64,000 nucleotides of DNA from Octopus sinensis (GCF_006345805.1 NC_043007.1:66278001-66342000); one strand, 5' to 3'; positions 25,835 through 38,757 are shown, numbered from the stretch's first letter. The notes: generated from the sequence alone by a model not told the origin. Numbers and translations: made by a program.

Positions 25835-27170
25835 AGCGAAGAAGCAAGTCGATTTCTCCTACCTGGTACTTGAGTGGTATTTACTTCATCGGCGCCAAAT
25901 GGAGATGAAGGGCATTGTCGCCCATGGCTAAATTAGAACTCAGAACGTAAAGAGCCACAAGAAATGCCGCTGAGCTAAGGTTTCTGCCAGCTTAAAAGAC
26001 TTGAAAGCTTAATGAAAAAAAAAAAATAATAATAATTGTCTCAAATTTTGGCACAAGTCCAGCAAGTTCAGGGAAGCGGATAAACCGATTACACCGATTC
26101 CAGTGTTTTACTGGTGCATATTTTATCGACCCCGAAAGAATGAAAGGTAAAGTAAACCCCGAAGTAAATTTGAACTGGGAACGTCAAGACGGACGACATT
26201 CCGCTAAGTATTTTGCCCGGCGTGCCAACGATTCTGCCATCTCATCGCCTTATTTTATCCTTTCGGGGTTGATAAAATAAATACCAGTTGAACAATGGGG
26301 TGGATGTAATCGACTCATCCCTCCCCCCCAAATTGCTACCCTTGTGGCAAAATTTGAAACTATCAACTATTAGCACGCCGGGCGAAATGCTTACCGGTAT
26401 TTCGTCTGCCGTTACGTTCTGAGTTCAAATTTCGCCGAGGTCGACTTTGCCTTTCATCCTTTCGGGGTCGATTAAATAAGTACCAGTTACGCACTGTGGT
26501 CGATATAATCGACTTAATCCGTTTGTCTGTCTTGTTTGTCCTTTCTGTGTTTAACCCCTTGTGGGTAGTAAAGAAATAGGTATTTCGTCTGCCGCTACGT
26601 TCTGAGTTCAAATTCCGCCGAGGTCAACTTTGCCTTTCATCCTTTCGGGGTCGATTAAATAAGTACTAGTTATGCACTGGGGTCGATGTAATCGACTTAA
26701 TTCGTTTGTCTGTCCTTGTTTGTTCTGTCTGTGTTTAGCCCCTTGTGGGTAGTAAAGAAATAGGTATTTTGCCTGTCGCTAAGTCCCGAGTTCAAATTCC
26801 GCCGACGTTGACTTTGCCTTTCATCCTTTCGAGATCGATTAAATAAATACCAGTTGAGTACTGGGGAGGATGTAATGGACTATCCGCCCCCACCAAAACT
26901 TCAGGCCTTGTGCCTATAGTTAAAAAGATTATGATAAAGAATGCTAAAGCATCGAGCTGGCAGAATCGTTAGCTCTTCGGAAAAAAAGAGCACTGCGTTA
27001 TTTGTTCCAGCTCTTCGCATTTAAAGTTCTGTTTCCACTGAGGTCAACTTTGCCTTTTATCTTTTTGGGATCGACAGAATAATTTACCAGTCAAGTACAG
27101 GGGTGGACGGTATCGACTTGTCCACTCCCCTCCAAAATTTGCTGGCCTTTTTCTTAATTCAGACATCATT
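25835..27170. mobile_element. Dense cluster of family A SINEs, including a head-to-tail trimer at 26369-26935
   Basis: Two minus copies (about 25835-25995 and 26035-26250) and several plus copies. Trimer units start ggtattt at 26396, 26579 and 26763 (period 183-184 bp). Confidence 0.85.
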
Positions 27171-27698
27171 ATTGCTTTACTTATGTAACTAATAAATTAG
27201 TACTATTCTTGGTTCGTAATCCAAAATCTGCCTCGGAACAAATTTTGTTTATAAACTGAGATGTAGTAATACAACCTGGCAGGTCACATTATTAAGTAAT
27301 AAATTTAAAGTTTCTACTACTTTTAGTTCTACATAAAGGTCACATGCAGTTGGCCATGCTTTTAGCAAATATACAACTATATCATATCGCTAACCTTCAC
27401 ACATGTCATATATAGAAAGTATGTACGCGCGCGCGTAGTGTGTACGTGTGTGTGCATGATAATTTCCATCTGCCTTCTTTTCGATGTAGTTTTGTATCAC
27501 TTGGGGATAAATCTATTGTAAGTATTAATACGCTGTCTTCGTTTTCATTTTGATCTGTAGCTTCTGTTATATGTCTTGACTTTGCTCTAATTCATACCCA
27601 TTTTTTTTTCATTAATAGCCAGCTCAAATATTCCTGCGTCTTTACCCACTTCCCCCCCCCTCTCTCTCTATTTCGCCCGCTGTCTTCTCATCTGAGCT

Positions 27699-27865
27699 TC
27701 AAGTGTCTCTTGAGATCCTCTGAGACGAAGTATCAGTAACTTGAGATCGTCTTGTTGATGTTATGTCCGTGGCGTAACTTGGTGTGTTGTATCTAATCTT
27801 CACTGCTCTTGCTCCCCATTGTTCATCCGCTTTTCTCTGATTTACACTTCTATTCCGTTCCACGG
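27699..27865 (-). CDS. Candidate terminal coding exon of an unidentified host gene
   Basis: Strong acceptor cattttcttttcag, then the only long open frame (A)VERNRSVNQRKADEQWGARAVKIRYNTPSYATDITSTRRSQVTDTSSQRISRDT*. Non-repetitive sequence; no protein family recognised. Confidence 0.4.
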
Positions 27866-28285
27866 CTGAAAAGAAAATGCTAACATATTTCATTCTTATG
27901 TCTGGATCAGCCTTTTAAGCCACGGACTTCTTTAAAATCATGCTCTTCATATTTTCCACGCTTTAACCCGTTGTATGTTTTGTTAGATCATGTGTCATCA
28001 AACATTACGATAATAAATGTTCATTTTGAAATTACATTATATTTTCCTGTGTCAAATCTTTATTTTTTTTTACAGCCATTCAATTATAAAATGTTAGGTT
28101 CCCATACTAATCTTTGTTTGTGTAAGATTGTTAAATTGTAACATTTACCCAATTGCGATATGTTATGAATAGTTGTGATGTACATCTTGTTATCCACTGA
28201 TTCCCATTTAAACTTTACGCTCTCTCTCTCTCTCTCTCTCGCATACACATGCACACACACAGATATGTATGCATGCATACATACA

Positions 28286-28362
<77 letters not shown>

Positions 28363-28606
28363 TAGTGTAGATTTAAACACAAAAGAAAATTACCCTTTAA
28401 CAGGTAATTTTAAATGCTATAAGAAGCAGCCAACACGGCCAAAACCACGATTTAATAGCAATTTTCGAAGGAAATGAAACAAAAACTTTTACCTTGTTAT
28501 TTTTATTTGCGGATATACCATGGTTTAAAATTTCTTTAGTAAATGTGATATTTATAACAAATATTCGCTACCCTATATATGTACCTTATATATATATATA
28601 TATATA

Positions 28607-29260
28607 TAACGGGAAAGTTTACGAAAATAAACAAAAGACGAAGGCAGGTAGAGTACAAACAAACAAATGTATTAGTATAGCGCTCAGGAATAGAAATAGA
28701 AAAAGTCTTTTACGTTTCGATCCTATGCTTTTCGACAGAAAGATACACAGAAAAAAAAAACAGGGAGAGAAACAAGGAGAGAAAAAAATGCGTGTAGGAG
28801 CTAACGATCTATCATGGCGTTCTGACTTCGGACGTTATTTATATAACGTTGGTGGTGAATTTTTATGCAAAGAATCAGAAAGACTGACCACATTTTGAGA
28901 GGTGGGAAAGTTTGAATGCTGTGTGAAACACGAAGGCATTCATTGCCGATCTGCTGGTAGCCTTACAATATTTGCACAGCTGGGAGAATACCACTCAAAT
29001 TTGGAAAGTGGCTGAATTCTCCATGTGTTGTAGGTTTTTTTTGTTTTTTTTACTTGAACAGATGTAGTGTAGTTATGAATGATTTATCTAGGGTACTTAA
29101 GATATTCAGTTCTTTTTGTATATTAGTGGTTGCATAAATGGAGGGATATGGCCAGCTATCTTTGATGGCTCAGTAGCTAAGAGCATCTGCTACTAAGGAC
29201 TATTGACATAAAACAAGTGGAGTTCCGACCTGTTGGTTGGCTTCAAGTGCCGTAGAATCA
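28607..29260 (-). mobile_element. Degraded PLE 3' body plus pLTR with HHR-like motif (28706-28743, core CTGTCGA)
   Basis: pLTR 28607-28820 is homologous to 15290-15485. Upstream remnants HLKPTNR, KELNIL and YPR.II resemble PLE thumb/linker motifs. Confidence 0.6.
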
Positions 29261-29439
29261 TGGCGATGAGGCGTTACGTTGTATTTCGTTGTGTATTGAG
29301 TAGTTGCGATGAGTTAGCAATAGGAAGCCAATAGATGCATATATTGGCATAGATGCAGGTACAGTTACGGTTTTGGAAAGGGTGGGTTTTGAAGGAGAGG
29401 CCAAAGGTGTTTGGAGTATCTTTGTGTCGGTCTGGAATA

Positions 29440-30050
29440 TGTGTAGTAAATGAAACAAGCTGATTGAAAGACATGAGAATTACACATTAATCTTTTGGCA
29501 TCAGTAGCACCAATATGGAATGAGTGTGAGGACCGCAATGAAATCATAGCATGGAAGTTACTGAAGTGGATGATTTTTTTGAGGAGTGAGGTTTGATACA
29601 TTCTCAGTGCAGGAGGAGATGTGGTCGATGAACTGCTGATGGTTCCAGGAGTAAATGTACTTGGTAGAGAGTGAGACAGGAATCTTGGTACTGAGAAACT
29701 AGAAATCAGTACAGGTGAGATCCATATGAGAAAGGTGAGTAACTGGGAGACTGGGACCCAAGTAAGTTTTAGAGTGGTGTTTGAATAGAGAGAGTAGCCT
29801 GCACAGCGGAGATAAATTGTATAAAGGCATTGATGGATTTATATCTCTTAGAGGAATAGGATGTGTGGTTCGCATTTAAGAGGTGATGTGAAGGATCTGG
29901 ATTGGAAAGAAACCCCTGGATATTTGAGAAGAGGAGTGAGAATTCGCTGGAGGGCTTAGATTTATTTATCTGTTTATTTTGGTGGATGCAACATAATGAA
30001 ATATAGTGGACGAGGACGCAGCAAGTTCAAAAAACTTCTCTCTAGTCGGA
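29440..30050 (-). pseudogene. DIRS/Ngaro-type tyrosine recombinase remnant
   Basis: Ordered motifs across frameshifts: YLRC (catalytic R), HHSKT, TSLLKKII, SSHSFHIGAT (HxxR box with R>H), QSACFIYY. Heavily degraded. Confidence 0.5.
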
Positions 30051-30442
30051 TACCGGTTTTGAATGCTTTCAACGAAGGACCACCGCTAAAAGCACCCATA
30101 GGCCGATGGTACCTACCATAATCAAAATTTAGGTGTACTCCGCACTCTGTACAGAAAAAGTTATTTTAGAATGATGAAAAAATAATAATACCGATACAGT
30201 ATTAGCATTATTATTATTATTAGTAGTAGTAGTAGTAGTAGTAGTAGTACTATTACTACTACTACTAATAGTAGTAGTAGTAGTAGTGTGTACATTTTGG
30301 CGCGTGTGTTAATATCTCTAAAAACATGTAGTAACATACTCAAGTACATATGCATATATATATGTATATATGCGTTTATGTGTATGTATGCATGTATGAA
30401 TGTATTATAACATATATGTATATATATATGTATATGGATTTC

Positions 30443-30484
<42 letters not shown>

Positions 30485-30501
30485 TATGTGCATGTGGGTG
30501 T

Positions 30502-30576
<75 letters not shown>

Positions 30577-30710
30577 GTATGTGTGCATTATTTATGTATG
30601 TATATATATGTATATATATGTATATATATGCATCTATATATATATACATGTATATATATACATATATATACATACATAAATAATGCACAAATATATATAT
30701 ATATATGTAT

Positions 30711-30748
<38 letters not shown>

Positions 30749-31356
30749 TCTATGAATATTGCTAACTTTGTTCAAATAATACTTTTAAAAACTTCAAATA
30801 ATATATTTGCGTGTGGAAAATGGAAGTGGGTAGCGAAAAGAAGACAGGAAGAAGACATAGACAAATAGATAGATAGATAGATAGATAGAGAGAGAGGGGG
30901 GAGGGAGGGAGGGAGCGGGAGAAATAGCCAAGTAAAATGATGAGAGCATGTACATTTAGCAGTACCATTTGGTCTCAGCTGGTGGCCTGAAAACATTACA
31001 AAAACTCCATGCGAAATTGTATTTGCCATAACGTATACCCAGACGTAAACTCTATTATTGGACGCCGTGAGCAACGCCGGCGTTGGGTGACATATATATC
31101 ATGTCAATGAATGATATTCGATATTAGTAATGGACAATAGAAAAACAGCGCAAACATATGTAAATATATACAGACATGATGTACGCTATATGTTCATTTT
31201 AAATAAAATTCCATTTCACATCAAAGAAGAAATTAGAATTACAATTGTCCTTCATTTTGTGCTATATATACGTGTATACGTGTAAGTGCGTGTGTGTAAG
31301 TGTATCTATATATAATTATGTACGTATGTATGCATGTATGTATGTATATGTGTCTG

Positions 31357-31416
<60 letters not shown>

Positions 31417-31483
31417 TCTGTACGTGCATAAAACATATATATGCGTATATATATATATATATATATGCAACACACACATGCTT

Positions 31484-31673
31484 GGTCGTGTGTTAAGAAG
31501 CGTGGTTCCCAACCACATGGTTCCGGGTTCAAACTGACTGCGTGGCACCTTGGGCAAGTGCTTTCTACCAAAGCCTAGGGCCGACCACAGCCTTGTCAGT
31601 GGATTTGGTAGACGGAAACTGAAAGAAGCCCGTCATATATATATATATGACGGGCTTCTTTCAGTTTCCGTCT
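31484..31673. mobile_element. OR2-like SINE 5' half joined to an inverted OR2 fragment (64-bp perfect palindrome 31610-31673)
   Basis: agacggaaactgaaagaagcccgtc-(AT)7-gacgggcttctttcagtttccgtct. Confidence 0.85.
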
Positions 31674-31960
31674 GGCCCAGTGGTTAGGGCAGCGGACTCG
31701 CGGTTGTAGGATCGTGGTTTCGATTCCCAGACCAGGCGTTGTGAGTGTTTATTGAGCATAAACACCTAAAGCTCCACGAGGCTCCGGCAGGGGGTGGTGG
31801 CGATCGCTGGTGTACTCTTTCGCCTCAACTTTCTCTCACTCTTTCTTCTGTTGGGCTGCTCGCTTAGCCAGTGGGGTGGCGTCATTTGAAGGCTAAAACA
31901 ATGCGAAGCGCATTGTGACCAGCAACATCTGATAGCCTGGTCGGTCACGTGATCACGTGA
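31674..31960 (+). mobile_element. Family C tRNA-derived SINE with RTE-like tail
   Basis: A-box ggcccagtggttagggc, B-box ggtttcgattccc, tail ctggtcggtcacgtgatcacgtga; second copy at 60494-60792. Confidence 0.85.
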
Positions 31961-31975
31961 TATATTTTATATATT

Positions 31976-32009
<34 letters not shown>

Positions 32010-32017
32010 ATATATAC

Positions 32018-32092
<75 letters not shown>

Positions 32093-32094
<2 letters not shown>

Positions 32095-32279
32095 CTCTTT
32101 TACTTGTTTCAGTCATTTGACTGCGGCCATGCTGGAGCACCGCCTTTAGTCGAGCATATCGACCCCGGGACTTATTCTTTGGAAGCCCAGTACTTATTTA
32201 CGGGGACGTAAACACACCAGCATCGGTTGTCAAGCGATGGTGGTGGTGGTGGGGGACAAACACAGACACACAAACATAT

Positions 32280-32359
<80 letters not shown>

Positions 32360-32486
32360 TTCGACAGGCATTGGTCGGCCCGAGGCTATAGAAGAAGGCA
32401 CTTGCCCAAGATGCCACGCAGTGGGACTGAACCCGGAACCATGTGGTTGGTAAGCAAGCTACTTACCACACAGCCACTCCTGCGCC
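32093..32486 (-). mobile_element. OR2-like CORE SINE, near full length with two internal deletions
   Basis: Runs from the tail (tactcttttacttgtttcagtcatttgactgcggccatgctggagcaccgcc) to the head (cagccactcctgcgcc). Confidence 0.88.
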
Positions 32487-32716
32487 ATTTATATATGTTT
32501 GTATATATGTATATATGTACATATCGATGTGTGTATGTCTTTGCGCCAGTGTTTGTCCTTTGACACCGGTTGACTACTGGTGTTTGTGTGATTATTTCCC
32601 TGTAGCAATCGGCAAGAGATTCCAATAGAATAAGTACTGGGCTTATAAAAAAAACGCCTGGGGGACGTAACCAAGCATGGCCGTAGTCAAGTGACCGAAA
32701 CGATCTCTCTCTCTAA

Positions 32717-32754
<38 letters not shown>

Positions 32755-33699
32755 TACATAATGAGACAGAGTATGCCTGTGTCTGTGTGTGCGGGTTACA
32801 CAATTTAGAGCTTTTGAGGCAATTCTGCTTGAACAATTTTTATGTCTTAGATACAGAATAATAAGAAAATATTTAAAATACAAGGAGATTTACCAGAGAA
32901 GGAAACTTCGAAAATATACCGTCAACTTAATTAGTATTATTTATTTGATAATCTTCTAATGTGAAGTACGTTTTTGTTTTCTTTTTGAAATACTGTAAAT
33001 CTATTTCTTTCTTTTGTTGAAAGGGTGTGCTTTAAGTGAGATTTAGATATTTTTAGTAACTCAAGTTACCACAGAGACACACGTGTGTGTGTGTGTGTGT
33101 GTTTTGTTGTGCTAAAAAAGCAACTTTTTCTCAGAATATTTTGCACAATAATCTTTTAAAGCCATTTGTAGCGAGAAGAACTTTTTATGTCTGAGTTTGC
33201 TGAAAATTTGTTTAAGGGTTAGTTTAAACATCAGTTACATTGAATTCAAGGCAAAAATGTAAAATTCCAAACATATTCTTAAATAAACCCTGGTGCCATA
33301 TGGCACCGCTAGGATAGTAAGAGTACAAAAATACAACTCTGGCTATTTGTTCCTTTTCATCCAGTAATCAAATGTATAATATGTTCTCTTTTAGAGCAGT
33401 GAAAATAATAAAAAGCAAGGCAATGTGATACATTTTATGATAATTATTATTGAAAAAAATGCTCCTTTATCATATTTAATTTATTATGAGTTAGTCACGA
33501 CAGTAACAGATTATTTTTCATGTTACTCTGCAAAACACGAGATACATAGTCCTACATCGCATTTTTCACATTCAGCTCAAGTCTGTGATTTACAAATTAT
33601 CATTTGCATTTGCGTCGCTTGTTTCCAGTTACATAATGTTTAAAGCTATTGTATCACATATCAGAATCTACTGGACATGATTTCTGTTTTTTTTTTTTT

Positions 33700-35266
33700 T
33701 TGCCAGAACTTTTTGACTGAACCTGAAATCTTCGCAAGTTTGACCTGGCAACTGCTCTTTTGAAGTCCAGTTGATCTAATGCAGAACCCCTTCCTCGTGC
33801 TAAAATCCAAGCATTTTGAATGGAAACATCTACAGTCCATGTAAAAAGAATCCACCACTATTTTTTTCCTACGTATGCGAATGCGATACGCGTTGATGTT
33901 TAGGCCCATCTGATCAGTTTCTCCCATATTCTTGTAATTATAAACTGCCTGAGGAAATGGTACCTCTATATGTTTTAACTTTTTCTTAGACTAGCGCTTG
34001 ACTTTGTTAACAGGGTTCTTCCCACGAATGGTGATCCCACTGTCACAACAGCGGTATCCTTCCATCTGGTGATTTTTGTAGCATTGGATCCCAGGACTCT
34101 GGTGACAGTCTCTGAAGAGCCTCGCTCGTTTTTATAATCAAAACAGCGTACAGAAGAAATAGGACACGAAGCATCTAATCTGTTTGCTCTCAATTTACTA
34201 ATATCAATGTATCCTAAAGTTTTGAGTTGATTTAGAAGTGGCACTGATGTAAACAAGTTATCAAAATATACATGAGGAATATATATAAGGAAGGTGTTTT
34301 TTCTCACCACTATAGGATACCAGTAAATGAAGTACAGTTGATGAACACTTTCCATAAATCGAATCTAATTCTACATTTCCACAGTGGGTCTTCACTTAGG
34401 TATCAAAGGCTATTAAATATACTGCAGACAAATTTTGATATCAGATTTGTATCCGAATCTTATAGGTTTATTGCAAACAGATTGCTTGCAGTTATGTTTG
34501 CCAAAATAGTCCACCATTGCTTCATCATGTGAAATACTTGGTGCTGGAACAAGATATTCCATAAATTTCTTTTGTAAATGAGATATGAGCGGTCGCAGTT
34601 TTGCACATTTATCGCTATTATTGATATTATTTGCTACATTGAAATGTAGACAACGCATTATAGTATAAAACCGGTCGTGAGTCTTAGCATTACTGATAGC
34701 TTCAGTGAACGTATCCGATGTATGCAACCAATACATACGCCGACGAGGTAATTGATTATATCCTGAAACTATGAGAATTGCAAGGAACACTTTGAATTCA
34801 TTCAAAGATATAGTCATATCAGTCCAGGTCTTTTTCAAGCAACATTTTGTCGTTTCTTTCATTGAATAGCTCAAATAATTCCACTTCATTAAAATCCCTG
34901 TATTTTAAATAGTTACACTCAGGAAAAATGAAACGCATCACTTGTGTTTCCGCCTTTTCCCAAGTAATTTGGCATTTTTTTCTTTTGTTTTCCGCACCTG
35001 ACGCCTGTCCATTTTCAGCAGAACTTTCTGTCTGCGTTACTTCGTTCTCTTTTGTTTTCGTACTTCGTGATTGCTATTCTGCTGGGGCGCGAAGTTGGTT
35101 GCCTGAGAGATGATGAGTGTGTTAAACGGTGTCAGCTTTATCTTCTTTCCCCGAATCCTCATCTGTTAGGTCAGTAACCTCCGGGTATTCAATGAAAACG
35201 TCATGTGGACCGTCACCTCCCTGTTCAAGAATACTCAAAATTTAATTCAAAGACAGTTCACGTTTC
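33700..35266 (-). pseudogene. piggyBac (PGBD2/PGBD3-like) transposase pseudogene
   Basis: LTDEDSG..LSGNQLRAPAE; FLAILIVSGYNQLPRRRMYW; RFYTIMRCLHF; KLRPLI..SHDEAMVDYFGKH..KPIRFGYK; HVYFDNLFTS..LRANR; RWKD; MG.TDQM..NINAYRI. Confidence 0.9.
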
Positions 35267-35293
35267 CTGGAAAAAAATGCATAATAGTGAAAA

Positions 35294-35536
35294 ACTAGAA
35301 ACTCTAGCACTCGGAAAGCGTAGACTCCGCCGAGCAGTATCCCTCCCAACCTCCATAGTTTAGTTTACCCTGGATCACCTCCAAAATCTAATCATGCATT
35401 CATTGTTTTATTTTGAACATTTCCTGAAAATTTCATAAAAATCTATCAATAACTTTTAGAGTTATGTTACTAACGAACAAACAGACAGACGGACAAATCA
35501 ACGCCGGCAAAAACGTAACATCCCTGGTGGAGATAA
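35294..35536 (+). mobile_element. Helentron-associated non-autonomous element (HINE/DINE-1-like), nested in the piggyBac
   Basis: Starts actagaaactctagcactcgg..ctccgcc and ends with a decayed hairpin acatccctggtggagataat; subterminal inverted motif ctccgcc / ggtggag. Confidence 0.5.
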
Positions 35537-36401
35537 TATCACGTATAGTAAGAGAAAGCTATGCTTCCATTGTTGAAAGCCCTTGTTCCAAGGAAAACAA
35601 CCAAAAATATAGGAAATAACACATGTTGTACTGTGTATTTCCTAGCGGTGTCACATGGCACCGTAAAATAATTCAACAAAACAAACGTCACTGCAATAGA
35701 TATTATGAATTATTTTCATTTGTTTCTTTCTCTAACGAAGTATTTAGATATCCTTCTAATAAAATACAAGATATTTTGACCATATTCGTGAATGAGCAAA
35801 CACTTGTTTAGAGTAGTCATCTCCGTTGAGGATGTTTTTCACATTAGCTGACAAACACGCATGCTCACTCTCCCAAAGTCACACAGCTTCTAAACTGTTG
35901 CATTATACATTGAGGCAAGAACCATTCCTAATATGTTCAGTACATGTTCCATGGAAATTTCTCTTCCTGTCGTTGTTATAAAGTTGTTTTTTATATACCC
36001 AATTTTTGAGGTGCAGTATGGAGACCCTAGGATTAAATGGGTTAAGAAATCTGGACATCTTTCTAACTGCTAACCATTCAACTTCAAATTACAATTGTTA
36101 ATTGTTGGTAGTCAAGTAGACTGAGATGTATAGAGTCAAAGTTCAATACGAAGTTTTGAACTCACTATATTGTGGTTAGTAATCCATTACCTTAAAATTG
36201 AAGCCATTAAATATTTAAACATTATTTTACTGGGTTTAGTCTTTCGACTGTCACCATGATGGGGTATCATCTTCAAAAATTTAATTGATCATACTGTCCT
36301 CAGTACGTAATTCAATCCGGCATTTATTTTATAGATCTTTACTTGATGAACTTTGAAACATAGTGGGACACAATAATCGATTTAACAACAGGTGTAAACA
36401 C

Positions 36402-36471
<70 letters not shown>

Positions 36472-36474
36472 ATA

Positions 36475-36630
36475 TTAGGTGCAAAAATGACTATGTGGTT
36501 GAGAAGTTTGCTTACCAACCACAAGGTTCCACGTTCAGTCGCTATGCATAGTACCTTGGGCACGCGTTTTCTACAATAGTCCTAGGCCAACCACAGAATT
36601 GTGACTGAATTTGGTAGACGGAAACTTCAG
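36475..36630 (+). mobile_element. OR2-like SINE 5' half
   Basis: gtggttgagaagtttgcttaccaaccac..gtaccttgggcacgcg..tttggtagacggaaact. Confidence 0.7.
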
Positions 36631-36639
36631 AGTTGTTCA

Positions 36640-36722
36640 TGAAAAATGGCCGAAAAACATGTTTACAAATAATACGTGGCTATAGGTCATAAAACCCGGG
36701 CAACGCCAGGGTGCATTGCTAG
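36640..36722 (+). mobile_element. Non-autonomous Helitron 3' end
   Basis: Hairpin cccggg-caacg-ccaggg (36695), then CTAG (36719-36722) and T. Confidence 0.6.
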
Positions 36723-36956
36723 TGTGTGTGTGGAATTATATACATATAAATACAAACATATTTATAAAATATATAATTATATATAATACATGCATATATA
36801 CACAAACATAAATTATATATATATTATTAAATATACACACATACATACATATATAAATATGTATGTATGCATGCACGTATGTATGTATTATGTATGTATG
36901 TATGTATGTATGTATGTATGTATGTATGTATGTATGTATGTATGTATGTACGTATG

Positions 36957-36989
<33 letters not shown>

Positions 36990-37271
36990 TTGTATGTATG
37001 TATGTATGTATGTATAGACATATAAGGGCATCACATGGCAACAATCATGAATCATTTCAATAAGTCTTCTTGGCTATGACTTTTCTCGTGTAACGAGGAT
37101 GCAGCTGTGATTCATGTACATATAACCACAGACATATGTATACAGTGAAAAGGCGCACGATCGCGAGGTTTTACTTTCGATTCCCAGAGCAGCAATGAGC
37201 TGTGTTCTTGAGCAAAACACTTCATTTCACTGTGCTCCAGGTCGCTCAACTGCAAAAAAGATAGGAGTCTT

Positions 37272-37748
37272 ACAAATCTTGTTAGAAGCTTAACAACTCC
37301 CAGCTCCGCAGATCCAGGAACCTTGAAATGTTTTCGCCGACGATGTAACACATGTCCCTACATCAACAATATTACCACGATCACGGGACCCAAGAAACAA
37401 TATCAGATTACACTCCACTTCTGTTGCACTTCGTCGAATCTTATAAATTGCATCATATGCAAATTCTGCGGTGCTCTTTACATAGAAGGATCAGGGTGAC
37501 GCCTTGGGGATCGCTTTCGCGAACACATCAGAAGCATAATGCTACGTATGTCAGGCCAACTTCTCGCTACCCACTTCAACACTGTGAATCATTCTATTGT
37601 AGATTTATCAGTGTGTGGTATGACCTTGCACCATGAACCCCAATTCTCTAGGAAACAAAAGGAGCAACGTCTTATATTTGATCTTGGCACTATGTTTCCG
37701 ACAGGTATGAATGAACGTTTTTCCTTTCATCCTTTCACCTCCTCTTAA
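37272..37748 (+). pseudogene. PLE GIY-YIG endonuclease region (5'-truncated element)
   Basis: Single frame TNLVRS..KCFRRRCNTCPYI..CTSSNLINCIICKFCGALYIEGSG*RLGDRFREHIRS..LATHFN..HS..RKQKEQRLIFDLGTMFPTGMNERF, with one internal TGA. Confidence 0.88.
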
Positions 37749-37975
37749 TTCTTTTTTACCATTTTTAATCCTCCTTCCACCCTCTCTCTGTAACATTCCC
37801 GTATTTACTTACCTTTATCTCTCCATCACCCTTTTCCTCCTCCTTTCTGCATAGCCTCTCCTATAACTTCTGTTTCACGTTAACAGTCCGTGTTATTCTG
37901 CGTCCGTTATCAATTGTCGCCAGTTCTCAAGCTGAGGGGGTGTAAACTCTGTTTGAATTTCTTCTCTTTTTCTCT

Positions 37976-38012
37976 ATCCCCTGACGAAGGATTAAATCCG
38001 AAACGTTGGAGA
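37976..38012 (+). ncRNA. Minimal hammerhead motif, canonical core, in PLE pLTR
   Basis: CTGACGA-A-GGAT-TAA-ATCC-GAAA-CGTT|GGAGA; stem I only partly paired. Confidence 0.6.
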
Positions 38013-38107
38013 TTCCACTCCTCACGGCAAGTTCATTGAACCCATTCTGCTTTTTTGTATATTTTTTCAAGTCTTGCTGACGCAGAGCTACAAGATTATT
38101 ACATGAT

Positions 38108-38159
<52 letters not shown>

Positions 38160-38179
38160 TGTGTGTGTAGTGGCTATGG

Positions 38180-38345
38180 TTGGTTTTCTGTTCTGCTGTT
38201 TGCGGGTCTCCCAGAACTTTCGTCAATATCGACATCTTTTCGGCTACCCGGGAATAGTCTGAAGCACTCTTACACTTGTGTGCGGCTCATACATTCCTCT
38301 CCATACACTTTCTGCAACTTTGTGTAGGCCTCTGAGCAGACATCG
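38180..38345 (-). pseudogene. mariner transposase N-terminal (HTH) fragment
   Basis: SEAYTKLQKVYGEECMSRTQV*ECFRLF...DIDESSGRPANS. Confidence 0.7.
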
Positions 38346-38392
38346 TATATTTAAGTATATATATATATATATAATACATACATACATATATT

Positions 38393-38429
<37 letters not shown>

Positions 38430-38433
38430 ATAT

Positions 38434-38478
<45 letters not shown>

Positions 38479-38757
38479 TGGTATATATACATATATATGT
38501 ATGTATGCATGTATATCTATATCTATCTATATATATATGTATATACACATATATATATATACATATGTATATATATATATATAATATATATATATATATA
38601 ATACGTACATACATATATATATATGTACACTGTAATTGTTCCACGTGTTGTTGTTTTTTCTGTTTTCCCGTTTGGATTAACCTATATATATATATGTATA
38701 TATATATATACGTACATACATATATATATATATATAACATACATATATATATGCATG

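Larger units (their letters stand above)
33288..35663 (-). mobile_element. piggyBac-family transposon remnant
   Basis: Inverted repeats GGTGCCATATGGCACCGCTAGGA (~33292) and rc GGTGCCATGTGACACCGCTAGGA (~35640) bracket a decayed transposase. TTAA termini were not clearly resolved. Confidence 0.75.

Noticed and set aside
26369-26935. Regularly spaced repeats resembling a CRISPR or satellite array
   Set aside because: The units are whole SINE bodies with no unique spacers, in a eukaryotic context.
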